Below, piece after piece: positions 1 through 8,793 of a DNA stretch of 64,000 nt. The notes below the pieces were generated by a model that ran no database searches, was not told the DNA's origin, and saw nothing but the letters and a program-made list of their open reading frames with translations. Numbering within the stretch: position 1 is the first letter of the stretch; every line of letters begins with the position of its first letter. The position numbers and the translations under genes are program-made. This stretch comes from Ruminococcus sp. (GTDB lineage: Bacteria > Bacillota > Clostridia > Oscillospirales > Ruminococcaceae). The stretch lies in NCBI GenBank assembly GCA_015066705.1, contig SVNV01000007.1:7573-71572 (forward strand). Direction: 5' to 3'.

Positions 1-821
1 TTGATATGGCAATCCTTTCATATCTTATCTATCACGGAATAAAACTTATAAGAGAAACAAGAGCAACTCAGCTTATCAAGGGTATTGTAATTATCTGTGT
101 TGCTTATATGCTTTCAAGCTTCTTTGATTTAAAGGTAATTACATTCCTTCTGAAAAACGTTTTCCAGTGGGGAATTATTGCTATTATCATTCTTTTCCAG
201 CCTGAGCTGAGACGAATTCTCGATAAGATGGGAAGAACAAAGGTAGCTGACTTTACCTCGATTTTCAATAGTAACGATAATGACGATATGGAGCTTGACT
301 GGAATAACGCTGTTCAGATTATAGTTGATGCAGTCGGAGAGCTTTCAGCAAGCGGAACAGGTGCTCTTATTGTTTGTGAAAGACAGACAAGACTTGGCGA
401 ACAGATTGATACAGGAACAATTCTTAACTGTACACCAAGCGTTGAGGTTATCGGAAATATCTTTTTCCCAAATACACCGCTTCACGACGGCGCAGTTATT
501 ATAAGAGACGGTAAAATTCTTGCGGCGGGTTGCTTTTTGCCAAAGCCACAGAAGGAAGAGCTTATCAATAAACAGCTCGGCTCACGACATAGAGCTGCTA
601 TCGGAATGAGTGAAAACTCTGATGCAATCGTGGTTGTTGTTTCTGAGGAAACAGGAACGATTTCTGTTGCTGAGGACGGCGAACTCACAAGAGGCTTTAA
701 CAGAGAAAGCCTCAGACGTCTGCTTAAGCAGAGACTTATTCAGAGCGATAGTAATGCTGACGGCTCTGCAAAGAATAAATTCAAGGAAAGGATGAAACAG
801 AAGTGGAAGAAAGAAAAGTAG
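1..821 (+). CDS. cdaA: Diadenylate cyclase CdaA (c-di-AMP synthase); probably 5'-truncated by the window edge
   Basis: ORF 6..821. N-terminal TM helices are followed by DAC-domain motifs (DGAVIIRDGKI, GSRHRAAIGMSE, SEETGTIS). The frame is open to base 1, and the first TM helix seen in homologues appears to be missing. Confidence 0.9.
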   Translation, partial: DMAILSYLIYHGIKLIRETRATQLIKGIVIICVAYMLSSFFDLKVITFLLKNVFQWGIIAIIILFQPELRRILDKMGRTKVADFTSIFNSNDNDDMELDWNNAVQIIVDAVGELSASGTGALIVCERQTRLGEQIDTGTILNCTPSVEVIGNIFFPNTPLHDGAVIIRDGKILAAGCFLPKPQKEELINKQLGSRHRAAIGMSENSDAIVVVVSEETGTISVAEDGELTRGFNRESLRRLLKQRLIQSDSNADGSAKNKFKERMKQKWKKEK

Positions 822-2089
822 CAAAATCCGCTAAGAGTAAGAGTAATATGATTTTAAAAATCAATTCAGTTGTTCTTGCTGTAATTATCTGGATTATTCT
901 TTCTATAACTATGTTTCCAACTATATATACGACCGTTTATGATGTACCTGTAAAGATAGATATAAGCGGAACTTTTGCTGAAGAAAACGGACTTTCGGTA
1001 GTGAACTTCGACGAGGATACAACCGTTGATGTCAAGCTCAGCGGAATGCGTTATGAAATCGGTAACTATTCGGCTGACGACCTTGTGGCTTCCGTTGAGG
1101 TAAAGGACGTTTTCAGCGACGGAACCTATGAGCTTGCTATTTCTGTTAAGTCTGCACACGGCGACGACTTTAATATTGATAAAATAACTCCTTCAACCTG
1201 TAAGGTTAAGTTTGACTATAATAAATCGAGGGAATTTCCTCTTGAGGTTGAGTATACGGGAATAAGTGCTGACGAGGGTTATGTGTTAAAGACACCTGTC
1301 TGCGAGCCTGAAACTATTGTGATTACAGGCTCAGAAAATAAGATTTCCAGAATTGACAGAGCCGTTGTTAAAGTTAACGACACAAAGCAGAAGATTAAGG
1401 ATAGCTTCTCAACCGATGAAACAGAATTGGTTCTTTATACAAGCGAGGGCGATGTTATTGACCCTAAGGACCTTGAATTTTCTTCTGAAAACTTTAAGGT
1501 TACATTCCCTGTTTATATGTCAAAGACAGTTCCGTTCAGCATAAATGTAAAACAGCAGGGAAGTAAGTTTGATATATCAAAGCTGAAATTTGAGTTTAGT
1601 CCGGAAACGGTTACAATTCAGTCATCAAAGGATATTTCACAGGTTGATAAGATTGAAGTGGGTACAGTTAACCTCAATGATATTTCACTTGATTCTCAGT
1701 TTGAATATGATGTTCTTCTTGAAAATGATATGATAAATGCCAGCGGAATAGATAAAGTTTCTGTAAAGCTTGACAGTACAGGACTTTCAAGTAAGAAGTT
1801 TATTATTGACGCATCAAATATCAGAATACTTAATAAGCCTGCATATAAAACTGTAACAATCAATACCGAGAGAATAACTGATGTTACTATGATTGGACCT
1901 CGTGATGTTATTTCCAAGCTGACAAACAGCGATATTGTGGCTGAATATAGCTTCTCGTCACAAAGTATCGACAACGGAAATGTTGAGGTGCAGGTAAATA
2001 TTTACGCTAAGGGAAAAGATAATGTGTGGTATTCAGGTGGCGTGAAGTATATCATTTTTAATATCTCAGATGCTGAAATGATACTTTAA
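803..2089 (+). CDS. cdaR: CdaA regulatory protein CdaR (YbbR-domain protein)
   Basis: ORF overlaps the cdaA stop. It has an N-terminal membrane anchor followed by repeated beta-rich YbbR-like modules, and sits in the conserved position directly after cdaA. Confidence 0.8.
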   Translation: MEERKVAKSAKSKSNMILKINSVVLAVIIWIILSITMFPTIYTTVYDVPVKIDISGTFAEENGLSVVNFDEDTTVDVKLSGMRYEIGNYSADDLVASVEVKDVFSDGTYELAISVKSAHGDDFNIDKITPSTCKVKFDYNKSREFPLEVEYTGISADEGYVLKTPVCEPETIVITGSENKISRIDRAVVKVNDTKQKIKDSFSTDETELVLYTSEGDVIDPKDLEFSSENFKVTFPVYMSKTVPFSINVKQQGSKFDISKLKFEFSPETVTIQSSKDISQVDKIEVGTVNLNDISLDSQFEYDVLLENDMINASGIDKVSVKLDSTGLSSKKFIIDASNIRILNKPAYKTVTINTERITDVTMIGPRDVISKLTNSDIVAEYSFSSQSIDNGNVEVQVNIYAKGKDNVWYSGGVKYIIFNISDAEMIL

Positions 2090-2103
2090 AATATAATGAA
2101 TTT

Positions 2104-2138
2104 CTGCTCTCCGTTTGCTTTCGGAGGGCAGTTTTTTA
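2104..2138 (+). terminator. Rho-independent terminator after cdaR
   Basis: Hairpin ctgctctccg/cggagggcag followed by a TTTTTT run. Confidence 0.8.
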
Positions 2139-2153
2139 AGAGAGGAGAAAACT

Positions 2154-3737
2154 ATGCCTGTATTGATTGGCGAGATAAAGGCACACTTGAAGGCTGACAG
2201 AGAATCGGTACTCAGGCTTGCTCTTAAGCGTGTTCCTTTGCCCAAAGACGAAATTAAAAGATGTGAAATATATAAAACCTCTCTTGATGCAAGAAAAAGA
2301 GATAATATCCATTTTGTCCATACTGTTTATGTTGAGCTTTATGATGCTCAGACGGAAATGAACCTCTGTGAAAAGTATTCATCACTTAAATATGTTGAAA
2401 ATCAGACACTTGAGCCTCAATTCGGTAATGTGAAGCCTGACGGTAGAATTGTAGTTACAGGCTTTGGTCCTGCGGGAATGTTCTGCGGACTTGTGCTTGC
2501 GGAATACGGATATAAACCTGTTATTCTTGAAAGAGGCGACTGCGTCGAAAAACGAACAGAAAAGGTAAACTCTTTCTGGAATGGAGATGAACTGGATGAG
2601 GAGACTAATGTTCAGTTTGGCGAAGGTGGAGCAGGTACATTTTCAGACGGGAAGCTGACTACACGAATTAAAGACCCCCTTTGTAGATATGTTCTGGAAA
2701 AATTCTGCGAATTCGGTGCCCCGGAGGAAATCCTCTTTAAAGCTAAGCCACACGTCGGTACCGATAAGCTCCGCGAGGTTGTTAAAAATATCCGTGAGAG
2801 AATAATTTCTCTGGGTGGAGAAATCAGATTTCTGACACGCCTTGATGACCTGAAAATTACCGACGGACGTGTAAGGACAGTTGTTGCAAATAATATCGAA
2901 ATCAAGACCTCTGCCGTAGTTCTTGCAGTGGGACATTCAGCAAGAGATACCTTTGAAATGCTTGAAAATAAAGGCGTTTTTATGGAGCCAAAGCCATTTT
3001 CTGTTGGAATGAGAATTGAGCATAAGCAGAGAGATGTTGACTTTTCCCTTTATGGAAATCATATGGATAATCCATACCTGCCAAAGGGCGAATATCAGCT
3101 TTCGTACCGAGATAAAAAGGGAAGAGCCTGCTATACATTCTGTATGTGCCCGGGTGGATATGTTGTTTCTTCGTCAAGCGAAAAGGGCGGAATTGTCACA
3201 AACGGAATGAGTGAGTTTGCAAGAGACGGCGAAAACGCAAATTCTGCTGTGGTGGTTTCGGTGTCACCTGAGGATTTTGGAAAAAATCCTCTTGATGGAG
3301 TAACTTTTGCAAGAAAAATTGAGCAGAATGCTTTTCTCAAAACAAATTCCTATACTTCTCCTGCAATTAAAGTGGGCGACTTTCTTGGAGAGGTAAGTAG
3401 CAGGTTTTCTGTAAAGCCTACCTGCTCACGAGGAGTTTCTTACTGCGGAATTGACGGGGTTTTTCCTGAGTTTGTAACAGATATGATGAAAACAGGTCTC
3501 AGGAATTTCGGTAATAAAATGGCTTGCTTCAAGGATAAGGGTGCTGTGCTTACCGCCCCTGAAACAAGAACATCAAGCCCTGTTAAAATCACACGAAACG
3601 AAAAGGGTGCTTCGCTGTCTGTTGAAAACCTCTATCCTTGCGGTGAGGGTGCAGGCTATGCGGGAGGTATTATGTCCTCCGCAGTTGACGGAATCAAAAC
3701 CGCACTTCATATTATGGAAATGTATTCAAACCAATAA
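2154..3737 (+). CDS. FAD-dependent oxidoreductase (COG2509-like uncharacterised FAD-dependent dehydrogenase)
   Basis: ORF 2115..3737. The ATG at 2154 is preferred because a GAGGAG RBS lies at 2141-2146. Dinucleotide-binding motif VVTGFGPAGMFCG; C-terminal GEGAGYAGGI motif typical of this family. Confidence 0.75.
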   Translation: MPVLIGEIKAHLKADRESVLRLALKRVPLPKDEIKRCEIYKTSLDARKRDNIHFVHTVYVELYDAQTEMNLCEKYSSLKYVENQTLEPQFGNVKPDGRIVVTGFGPAGMFCGLVLAEYGYKPVILERGDCVEKRTEKVNSFWNGDELDEETNVQFGEGGAGTFSDGKLTTRIKDPLCRYVLEKFCEFGAPEEILFKAKPHVGTDKLREVVKNIRERIISLGGEIRFLTRLDDLKITDGRVRTVVANNIEIKTSAVVLAVGHSARDTFEMLENKGVFMEPKPFSVGMRIEHKQRDVDFSLYGNHMDNPYLPKGEYQLSYRDKKGRACYTFCMCPGGYVVSSSSEKGGIVTNGMSEFARDGENANSAVVVSVSPEDFGKNPLDGVTFARKIEQNAFLKTNSYTSPAIKVGDFLGEVSSRFSVKPTCSRGVSYCGIDGVFPEFVTDMMKTGLRNFGNKMACFKDKGAVLTAPETRTSSPVKITRNEKGASLSVENLYPCGEGAGYAGGIMSSAVDGIKTALHIMEMYSNQ

Positions 3738-3742
3738 AATTA

Positions 3743-3779
3743 CCGACACTCAACGCTGGGTGTCGGTTTTCTTTTTTTC
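3743..3779 (+). terminator. Rho-independent terminator after the FAD-dependent oxidoreductase gene
   Basis: Stem ccgacac/gtgtcgg followed by TTTTCTTTTTTT. Confidence 0.8.
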
Positions 3780-3786
3780 TCTGAAA

Positions 3787-4105
3787 TTATTCAGCCTTTT
3801 TTCTTCCTTAACAGCATCCTTATTAGGAATGATTGTGCTGTTATAAAGAATATCCCCCCACGCCGTCAGAGGTAGAATACTAATAGTAGACTTGTTCAGC
3901 TTTTTATCTTTCTTAACAACGTTCTCTATAGGAAAGATTGTGCTGTTATAAAGAATATCCCCCCACGCCGTCAGAGGTAGAATACTAATAAAGTAGACTT
4001 GTTCAGCTTTTTATCTTTCTTATCAACGTTCTCTATAGGAATGATTGTGCTGTTATAAAGAATATCCCCCCACGCCGACAGGCGTGGAGGGATAAGAAAT
4101 AATAC
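3787..4105 (-). repeat. Three degenerate tandem copies (about 99, 107 and 113 bp) of the mscL 3' coding end plus terminator region
   Basis: Copies at about 3787-3885, 3886-3992 and 3993-4105 each contain ttcagcY-ttt..cttaac..attgtgctg..aagaatatccccccacgccg, which matches the true mscL end at 4106-4160. Minus-strand translations LYNSTIIPNKDAVKEEKRLNN, LYNSTIFPIENVVKKDKKLN and LYNSTIIPIENVDKKDKKLN resemble the real tail KSSTIVPNEEVKEEEKAE. Confidence 0.85.
4064..4091 (-). terminator. mscL terminator hairpin (intact only in the repeat copy next to the gene)
   Basis: ccccccacgcc-gaca-ggcgtggaggg hairpin 15 nt downstream of the mscL stop. The distal copies read cacgccgtcagaggtag and have lost the second arm. 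Confidence 0.65.
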
Positions 4106-4555
4106 TTATTCAGCCTTTTCTTCTTCCTTAACTTCTTCGTTAGGAACGATTGTGCTGCTCTTGAGCAAATCTCTGATTTCTGTGAGGAGAACTACGTCAG
4201 CAGCAGGTGCTGGAGGTGGCGCAGCCTTTTTCTTGTGAAGTGAGTTGATAAACTTAATAAGAAGGAATACACAGAAAGCAGTAAGTAAGAATGTGATTAC
4301 AGCCTGAATGAATGAACCGAAGAGAAGTTCAGGCTTGTTTCCCCAAGGAATTGTAACTGAAAGCTTCTTAAAGTCAACGCCTGCAAGGAGCATTCCGATA
4401 AGAGGCATAAGAATATCGTTTACAAGTGAGTTAACGATAGCTGTAAAAGCACCGCCGATGATAACGCCGACTGCCATGTCAATTACGTTGCCTCTTGAAA
4501 TAAACTTTTTGAATTCTGCGAAAAATCCTGTTGATTTGTCTTTGATTTTAGCCAT
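4106..4555 (-). CDS. mscL: Large-conductance mechanosensitive channel MscL
   Basis: 149-aa ORF with the hallmark FKKFISRGNVIDMAVGVIIGGAFTAIVNSLVNDILMPLIG, a second TM helix and a charged C-terminal tail. Confidence 0.95.
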   Translation of the reverse strand: MAKIKDKSTGFFAEFKKFISRGNVIDMAVGVIIGGAFTAIVNSLVNDILMPLIGMLLAGVDFKKLSVTIPWGNKPELLFGSFIQAVITFLLTAFCVFLLIKFINSLHKKKAAPPPAPAADVVLLTEIRDLLKSSTIVPNEEVKEEEKAE

Positions 4556-4622
4556 TTTTATAACGTCCTTTCAAAAATAAATTACAATAAATAAATCGGT
4601 ATTTTGAGGGAAAATTCAACAC

Positions 4623-5438
4623 TTATCCGAATATTTCCTTAGCTGCTTCGTCAAGTGCGTTGCCGTTGTAAAGTTCAATAGCACCATTGTCAACCTGCTT
4701 TGCAACAACAGGGTCGATAGGGAGCTTAGCAAGGATTTTAAGCCCGTGCTCTGCGGCGATTTCGTCAATGTGGCTTTCACCGTAAAGCTTGATTTCCTCA
4801 TCACAGCAAGGGCACTTTACATAGCTCATATTCTCAACGATACCGAGAATTTTAACGTTCATCATTTCTGCCATTTTAACAGCCTTGTTAACAATCATAG
4901 AAACAAGGTCCTGAGGTGAAGTAACAACAATAATTCCGTCAAGTGGAATTGACTGGAAAACTGTAAGAGGTACGTCGCCTGTTCCTGGAGGCATATCAAC
5001 AAACATATAATCAACGTCATTCCAGATAACGTCCTGCCAGAACTGCTTTACAACGCCGGCGATAACAGGGCCTCTCCATACAACCGGCTGGTTTTCATCT
5101 TCAAGAAGAAGATTCACCGACATAACTTCAATTCCTGTGTTTGTCTTTACAGGGAGAATTCCTTCTTCGATAGCGTCAGCTTTTTGGGTAAGTCCAAAAG
5201 CCTTAGGAATTGAAGGCCCTGTAATATCAGCGTCAAGAATAGCTGTTCTGAAGCCATTTCTCTGTGAATAAACAGCCATAAGTGAAGTGACAAGTGATTT
5301 TCCTACGCCACCCTTACCACTTACAACACCGATAACCTTTTTGATTTTGCTCATGCTGTGTGGTTCTTCGATGAGACTTTCTTTTCTTGAACTGCAGTCA
5401 GCCTTACAAGTACTGCAATTATGTGTGCATTCGCTCAT
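4623..5438 (-). CDS. Mrp/NBP35-family ATPase (Fe-S cluster carrier, ApbC-like)
   Basis: Deviant Walker A motif SGKGGVGKS and a ParA/MinD-like fold signature. Cys-rich N-terminus (CTHNCSTCKADC) and a CPCC motif. Confidence 0.85.
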   Translation of the reverse strand: MSECTHNCSTCKADCSSRKESLIEEPHSMSKIKKVIGVVSGKGGVGKSLVTSLMAVYSQRNGFRTAILDADITGPSIPKAFGLTQKADAIEEGILPVKTNTGIEVMSVNLLLEDENQPVVWRGPVIAGVVKQFWQDVIWNDVDYMFVDMPPGTGDVPLTVFQSIPLDGIIVVTSPQDLVSMIVNKAVKMAEMMNVKILGIVENMSYVKCPCCDEEIKLYGESHIDEIAAEHGLKILAKLPIDPVVAKQVDNGAIELYNGNALDEAAKEIFG

Positions 5439-5510
5439 AGTAACAAATCCTTTCGTTTATCCATAAAAATCAGACAGCTTTTAGACTGCCTGATTTAATA
5501 TTTATTAAGT

Positions 5511-6593
5511 TTATTCAGCCTTAACCTTTCCTGCTGAGATGTCAACAGTAACTATGTATCCTTCGCAGTTGTTTCCGCTGATTGTGTAGTGATATTCGCT
5601 TCCGTCTGCGTAAATCGGAATCTGTACGTTTGTGGTATCCTTGCTCTTGTCAGCAGGATAATAGTAAATTGCATATCTGTCGCCTGTACCTTCAGCGTTA
5701 ACATAAAGCGGAGTGTCAAGTGAATACTGAGCGATTGAAAGCATGTATTCTTCAAGACAGAGCTTACTGTTGTAGATAAGCTCAGCATGCGGAACACCAA
5801 CGTATCTGAAATGCCAGGTTTCCCCATCGATTCCTGTGATAGTAGCCTTGTCAGGGTCGTATCTCAGAATGAAACCGTACTTTGCACAGTTTTCAAGAAT
5901 CCACTTGTACTCTCCATCGCCTGAGAAGAAAGGGAAACCGTCCTTGGCAAGCTGGAAGTCAACAGCATATCCGCTGTGGTGTTCGCTGTGTCCCGGTTTT
6001 TCAACAAGAGTTGAATAAGCAAGTCCTGTTTTTTCAAGGTCCTTTTCGTAAAGTTCTTTCTGGTATTCTTCGGTTCTGTGACCGCTTACCAGCATAACGT
6101 CCTTGATTCCTTTTGCCTTGTAGAAATCGGCGAGCATAGCGTTTAAGTTTTCAAGAACAATCTTTTTGGCAGTAACTGAATCATCCTTTATTGGCATAAC
6201 AACTACATTGTTTTCGTTCTTTCTGTAATCAAAGCTTGAAACAAGGTCCTGTGGCTCGTCACCCTTGTATGCGTAATCACCGTTTATAAGGATAAGGTCG
6301 CCGTTGTGAAGGGCGGTTGTGTTATCAACATTAACATATTTGTAATCATTGTAAAGCTTTTCTGCGCTGGGCTGAATACTAGGTGTGTTATTGTTGTTTT
6401 GTGTATCAGACGGCTTCTTGTTGTCGGTTTGACTGCTTGGATTTTTTTCCTTTGGATTATCCTTTTTCTTGTCGTCATTTTTTGAGCAACCCTGACAAAT
6501 CAGCACTATAATAAGAATCATTGCACCAAGTGCAACAGCGATATTTTTATATTTAAGTCGTCTCCACAAAGGCTTTTTTGCCATTTTTCTCAC
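5511..6593 (-). CDS. VanY-type D-alanyl-D-alanine carboxypeptidase (peptidase M15B), membrane anchored
   Basis: N-terminal TM/signal anchor. Motifs SGHRTEEYQ, HSEHHSGYAVD and WHFRYVG are characteristic of the VanY/M15B Zn site. Confidence 0.8.
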   Translation of the reverse strand: MRKMAKKPLWRRLKYKNIAVALGAMILIIVLICQGCSKNDDKKKDNPKEKNPSSQTDNKKPSDTQNNNNTPSIQPSAEKLYNDYKYVNVDNTTALHNGDLILINGDYAYKGDEPQDLVSSFDYRKNENNVVVMPIKDDSVTAKKIVLENLNAMLADFYKAKGIKDVMLVSGHRTEEYQKELYEKDLEKTGLAYSTLVEKPGHSEHHSGYAVDFQLAKDGFPFFSGDGEYKWILENCAKYGFILRYDPDKATITGIDGETWHFRYVGVPHAELIYNSKLCLEEYMLSIAQYSLDTPLYVNAEGTGDRYAIYYYPADKSKDTTNVQIPIYADGSEYHYTISGNNCEGYIVTVDISAGKVKAE

Positions 6594-6762
6594 TGTCCTC
6601 TCTGTAAATTACCTGTTCTGTACATTATTCACTGTGTTTTCCACAGCAGATTTTCACATAGTAATTATACCACATCGCCACGCACATTTAAAGGGGATTT
6701 TCAAAGTTAACATTTAATTTACAAATTTCGACAAAAAGAGCGCCGATTTCTCAGCGCCTTGA

Positions 6763-7878
6763 TTACTTTTTGAAAGAGAATAAACCTTTTAATTTGTTCA
6801 TCGTTCTCTTGAAGTTTATAATCGGCTTTGTGAATAGTCTTAATATCAGACAAAACGGATACAAAACCGGAATCTTCTTTATAATCGGATAAGAAAAAGC
6901 AAGCGTCCTGTAGCTTGGGAAAAGCTTTGTAAGCAGGTATTTTGCTTTTCCTTTTTCTCTGATTTCGTTGTGTGTACTTGACTTAACTGTGCCAAAAGCT
7001 CCGCCCTTGTAGACGTATTCAGCCATTTCATCAAAGCTGTTATCCCATTCCTTGTCGCCAAACCACATCTGAGAAAGCAAAAGAATATCAAAGCAAAGCT
7101 TTTTGTACTGATTGTCCTTGAGAATATTACCGATTTTATCCAAATCAATTTTTTCATTGTGGTTTTTGTAGTAAAGCCAGATGTCCATAAAAGCTCTCAG
7201 ACCCACACCACCGTTTATGTAGTGCTTTGCAGCGTGTGTAAGAAGATGCAAAAAGAAGTATGTGCTGTCAAGCTCACATCTGAAGCCCTCTGTCTGCTTT
7301 GAAAAATCAAACGGGTTTTTAAGGTACTTTGCAAAATGCTTTCCGCCAAAAGTGTAATCCGAAAATAAAAATCTGTGTATTTCTACATTCATAATAGGCT
7401 TTTTGGTGTACTCATCGTGGTTTCCGGCATCAAAATGCTCGGCCTCGTAGCCATTCTGAATCATCAAGTCCCTGAGCTTGTGGTGACTGTTTTCTTCGGT
7501 GATGACGTCGATGTCGCACATGTAACGCATATCAGGAGAAGGGTAGAGCTTTTTCAGAATAATTCCCTTGAGAGGAATGTATTTGATTTTGTTTGAATTG
7601 AAGGTTTGCTCTAAAACACCGTATTCGTGAAACTGCTGTAAATCTCTTGCAATAGCCTTGTCACGGTCCTGACGCCAGATTTTCAGAATGTTATCTGACG
7701 GCTTGCTTCCAAGCTGTTCAATTCCGTAAAAAACCATTCCCGAAACGTGATGGAATTTCGATTTTTTGTATATCCCCTCAAAGGTCAGCCCCTCGGGTAA
7801 TTCCTCGGGCTTTTCACCTCTGAGCACCCTTTTCAGAAGGGAAGTTATATATTGGAATTCCGATAAATTGACATTCAT
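6763..7878 (-). CDS. Nucleotidyltransferase-family protein (NTP_transf_5 type, as found in RRE/kinase-associated peptide clusters)
   Basis: 371-aa ORF. Pol-beta-like motif IPLKGIILKKLYPSPDMRYMCDIDVI, then EIHRFLF and GGVGLRAFMDIW. Last gene of the pqqD-peptidase operon. Confidence 0.7.
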   Translation of the reverse strand: MNVNLSEFQYITSLLKRVLRGEKPEELPEGLTFEGIYKKSKFHHVSGMVFYGIEQLGSKPSDNILKIWRQDRDKAIARDLQQFHEYGVLEQTFNSNKIKYIPLKGIILKKLYPSPDMRYMCDIDVITEENSHHKLRDLMIQNGYEAEHFDAGNHDEYTKKPIMNVEIHRFLFSDYTFGGKHFAKYLKNPFDFSKQTEGFRCELDSTYFFLHLLTHAAKHYINGGVGLRAFMDIWLYYKNHNEKIDLDKIGNILKDNQYKKLCFDILLLSQMWFGDKEWDNSFDEMAEYVYKGGAFGTVKSSTHNEIREKGKAKYLLTKLFPSYRTLAFSYPIIKKIPVLYPFCLILRLFTKPIINFKRTMNKLKGLFSFKK

Positions 7879-7896
7879 AAAATGCTGTACTCCCGG

Positions 7897-8343
7897 TTAT
7901 TTTTTTAATATTCTTCTCAGCTTGAAAAATACTTTTCTGATGAAAAAGGATTTCCAAAAAAGCAAATAAATTCTGTAACCGAAATTTTTCCCGGAAATCT
8001 CCTTGTCGCCTCTGAAAACTCTTTCCACAACGCCGATAATCTGTTCAGACCTGATACCTTCCTCAAGCATAACCTGATTGTCACCGCAAAGGGTGTATAA
8101 GTCACCTTTTACCTTTACAATCCTGTGTAAAACATAATGCCCGTCATCTCTAAGATAAAAAACAATGTCGTTTTTCTTCAAATCTTTTGCAGGCTTGACA
8201 AGTCCGACCGAATCCTTACCCTCTCTCAATAGTGGAAGCATACTTGTTCCTCTCGGATAAAGCCTGAATTCTCCGCCATTTTCAAGAACAAACCTTATGG
8301 TTTCGTCGTATTCGCTGAGCTTGAATCTTTCTTTTTCAGGCAA
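7897..8343 (-). CDS. S24/S26-family Ser/Lys peptidase (signal-peptidase-I/LexA-like) with C-terminal hydrophobic tail
   Basis: GTSMLPLL (catalytic Ser box) and VLHRIVKVKGD (Lys box, like the SPase I KR..G.PGD motif). TTG start; its first codons overlap the PqqD stop (TTGCCTGA). Confidence 0.7.
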   Translation of the reverse strand: MPEKERFKLSEYDETIRFVLENGGEFRLYPRGTSMLPLLREGKDSVGLVKPAKDLKKNDIVFYLRDDGHYVLHRIVKVKGDLYTLCGDNQVMLEEGIRSEQIIGVVERVFRGDKEISGKNFGYRIYLLFWKSFFIRKVFFKLRRILKK

Positions 8344-8599
8344 GTAAATCTGCCCCTTTCAGCTTGTCAATAAATTCCAGAACGTCAGCTTTTGCAGTAG
8401 CCTCGTCAACATCATAGGTTCCGGATAATTTTGTAGCAAGCTCATCAGCTTCAGCACCTTCGCTTAAAGCCTCCCACAGGAATTTTCCTACAGAATTAAG
8501 TCTGATAATTCCGTTGAAATCACGGCTAGCGCTTCCAACCGCAACAACGATTGTCTGCTCGCCGACCTGTCTGAGCATAAAGCCTTCTTTAATTTTCAT
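8336..8599 (-). CDS. PqqD-family protein (RiPP recognition element / peptide chaperone)
   Basis: ORF 8336..8626. The ATG at 8599 is preferred because an AAGGTG RBS lies 7 nt upstream. About 87 aa, with the typical pattern MLRQVGEQTIVV...LNSVGKFLWEAL.....ELATKL...YDVD...A..DVLEFIDKL (winged-helix PqqD/RRE layout). Confidence 0.8.
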   Translation of the reverse strand: MKIKEGFMLRQVGEQTIVVAVGSASRDFNGIIRLNSVGKFLWEALSEGAEADELATKLSGTYDVDEATAKADVLEFIDKLKGADLLA

Positions 8600-8635
8600 A
8601 AAACCACACCTTTCGCAATAAATCAACTATATAAC

Positions 8636-8664
8636 ATTATAAAACTTTATTAAGCAAATGTCAA
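8636..8664 (-). promoter_or_regulatory. Consensus sigma-A promoter for the pqqD-peptidase-nucleotidyltransferase operon
   Basis: The minus strand reads TTGACA-17 nt-TATAAT (-35 at 8659-8664, -10 at 8636-8641). Confidence 0.7.
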
Positions 8665-8729
8665 CTAGCGGAGTTTACAAAAAATTTACAATTATAGTTT
8701 GAAATGATGAATATTTTTGGTAAAAATAG

Positions 8730-8758
8730 TTGACATTCTGTCGTAATTGTTGTATAAT
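8730..8758 (+). promoter_or_regulatory. Consensus sigma-A promoter for the secreted-protein/precursor array
   Basis: TTGACA (8730-8735), 17 nt, TATAAT (8753-8758); 35 nt upstream of the RBS of ORF 8794. Confidence 0.7.
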
Positions 8759-8793
8759 CATAGTGTAAATTTATATTTTAGGAGGATAATAAA

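Noticed and set aside
803-3737. Absence of glmM after cdaA-cdaR; in many Firmicutes the operon is cdaA-cdaR-glmM.
   Set aside because: A clean terminator follows cdaR. Gene order varies among Clostridia, so this is not informative without a genome-wide check for where glmM lies.
3541-3846. 101-aa plus-strand ORF running from inside the FAD-oxidoreductase gene into the repeat region.
   Set aside because: It is out of frame within a well-supported gene, crosses that gene's terminator, and has no RBS. It is an artefact.
3787-4105. Possible CRISPR array, because of regularly spaced repeats.
   Set aside because: The units are about 100-113 bp, contiguous with no unique spacers, degenerate, and homologous to the adjacent mscL 3' end. 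No cas genes are present.
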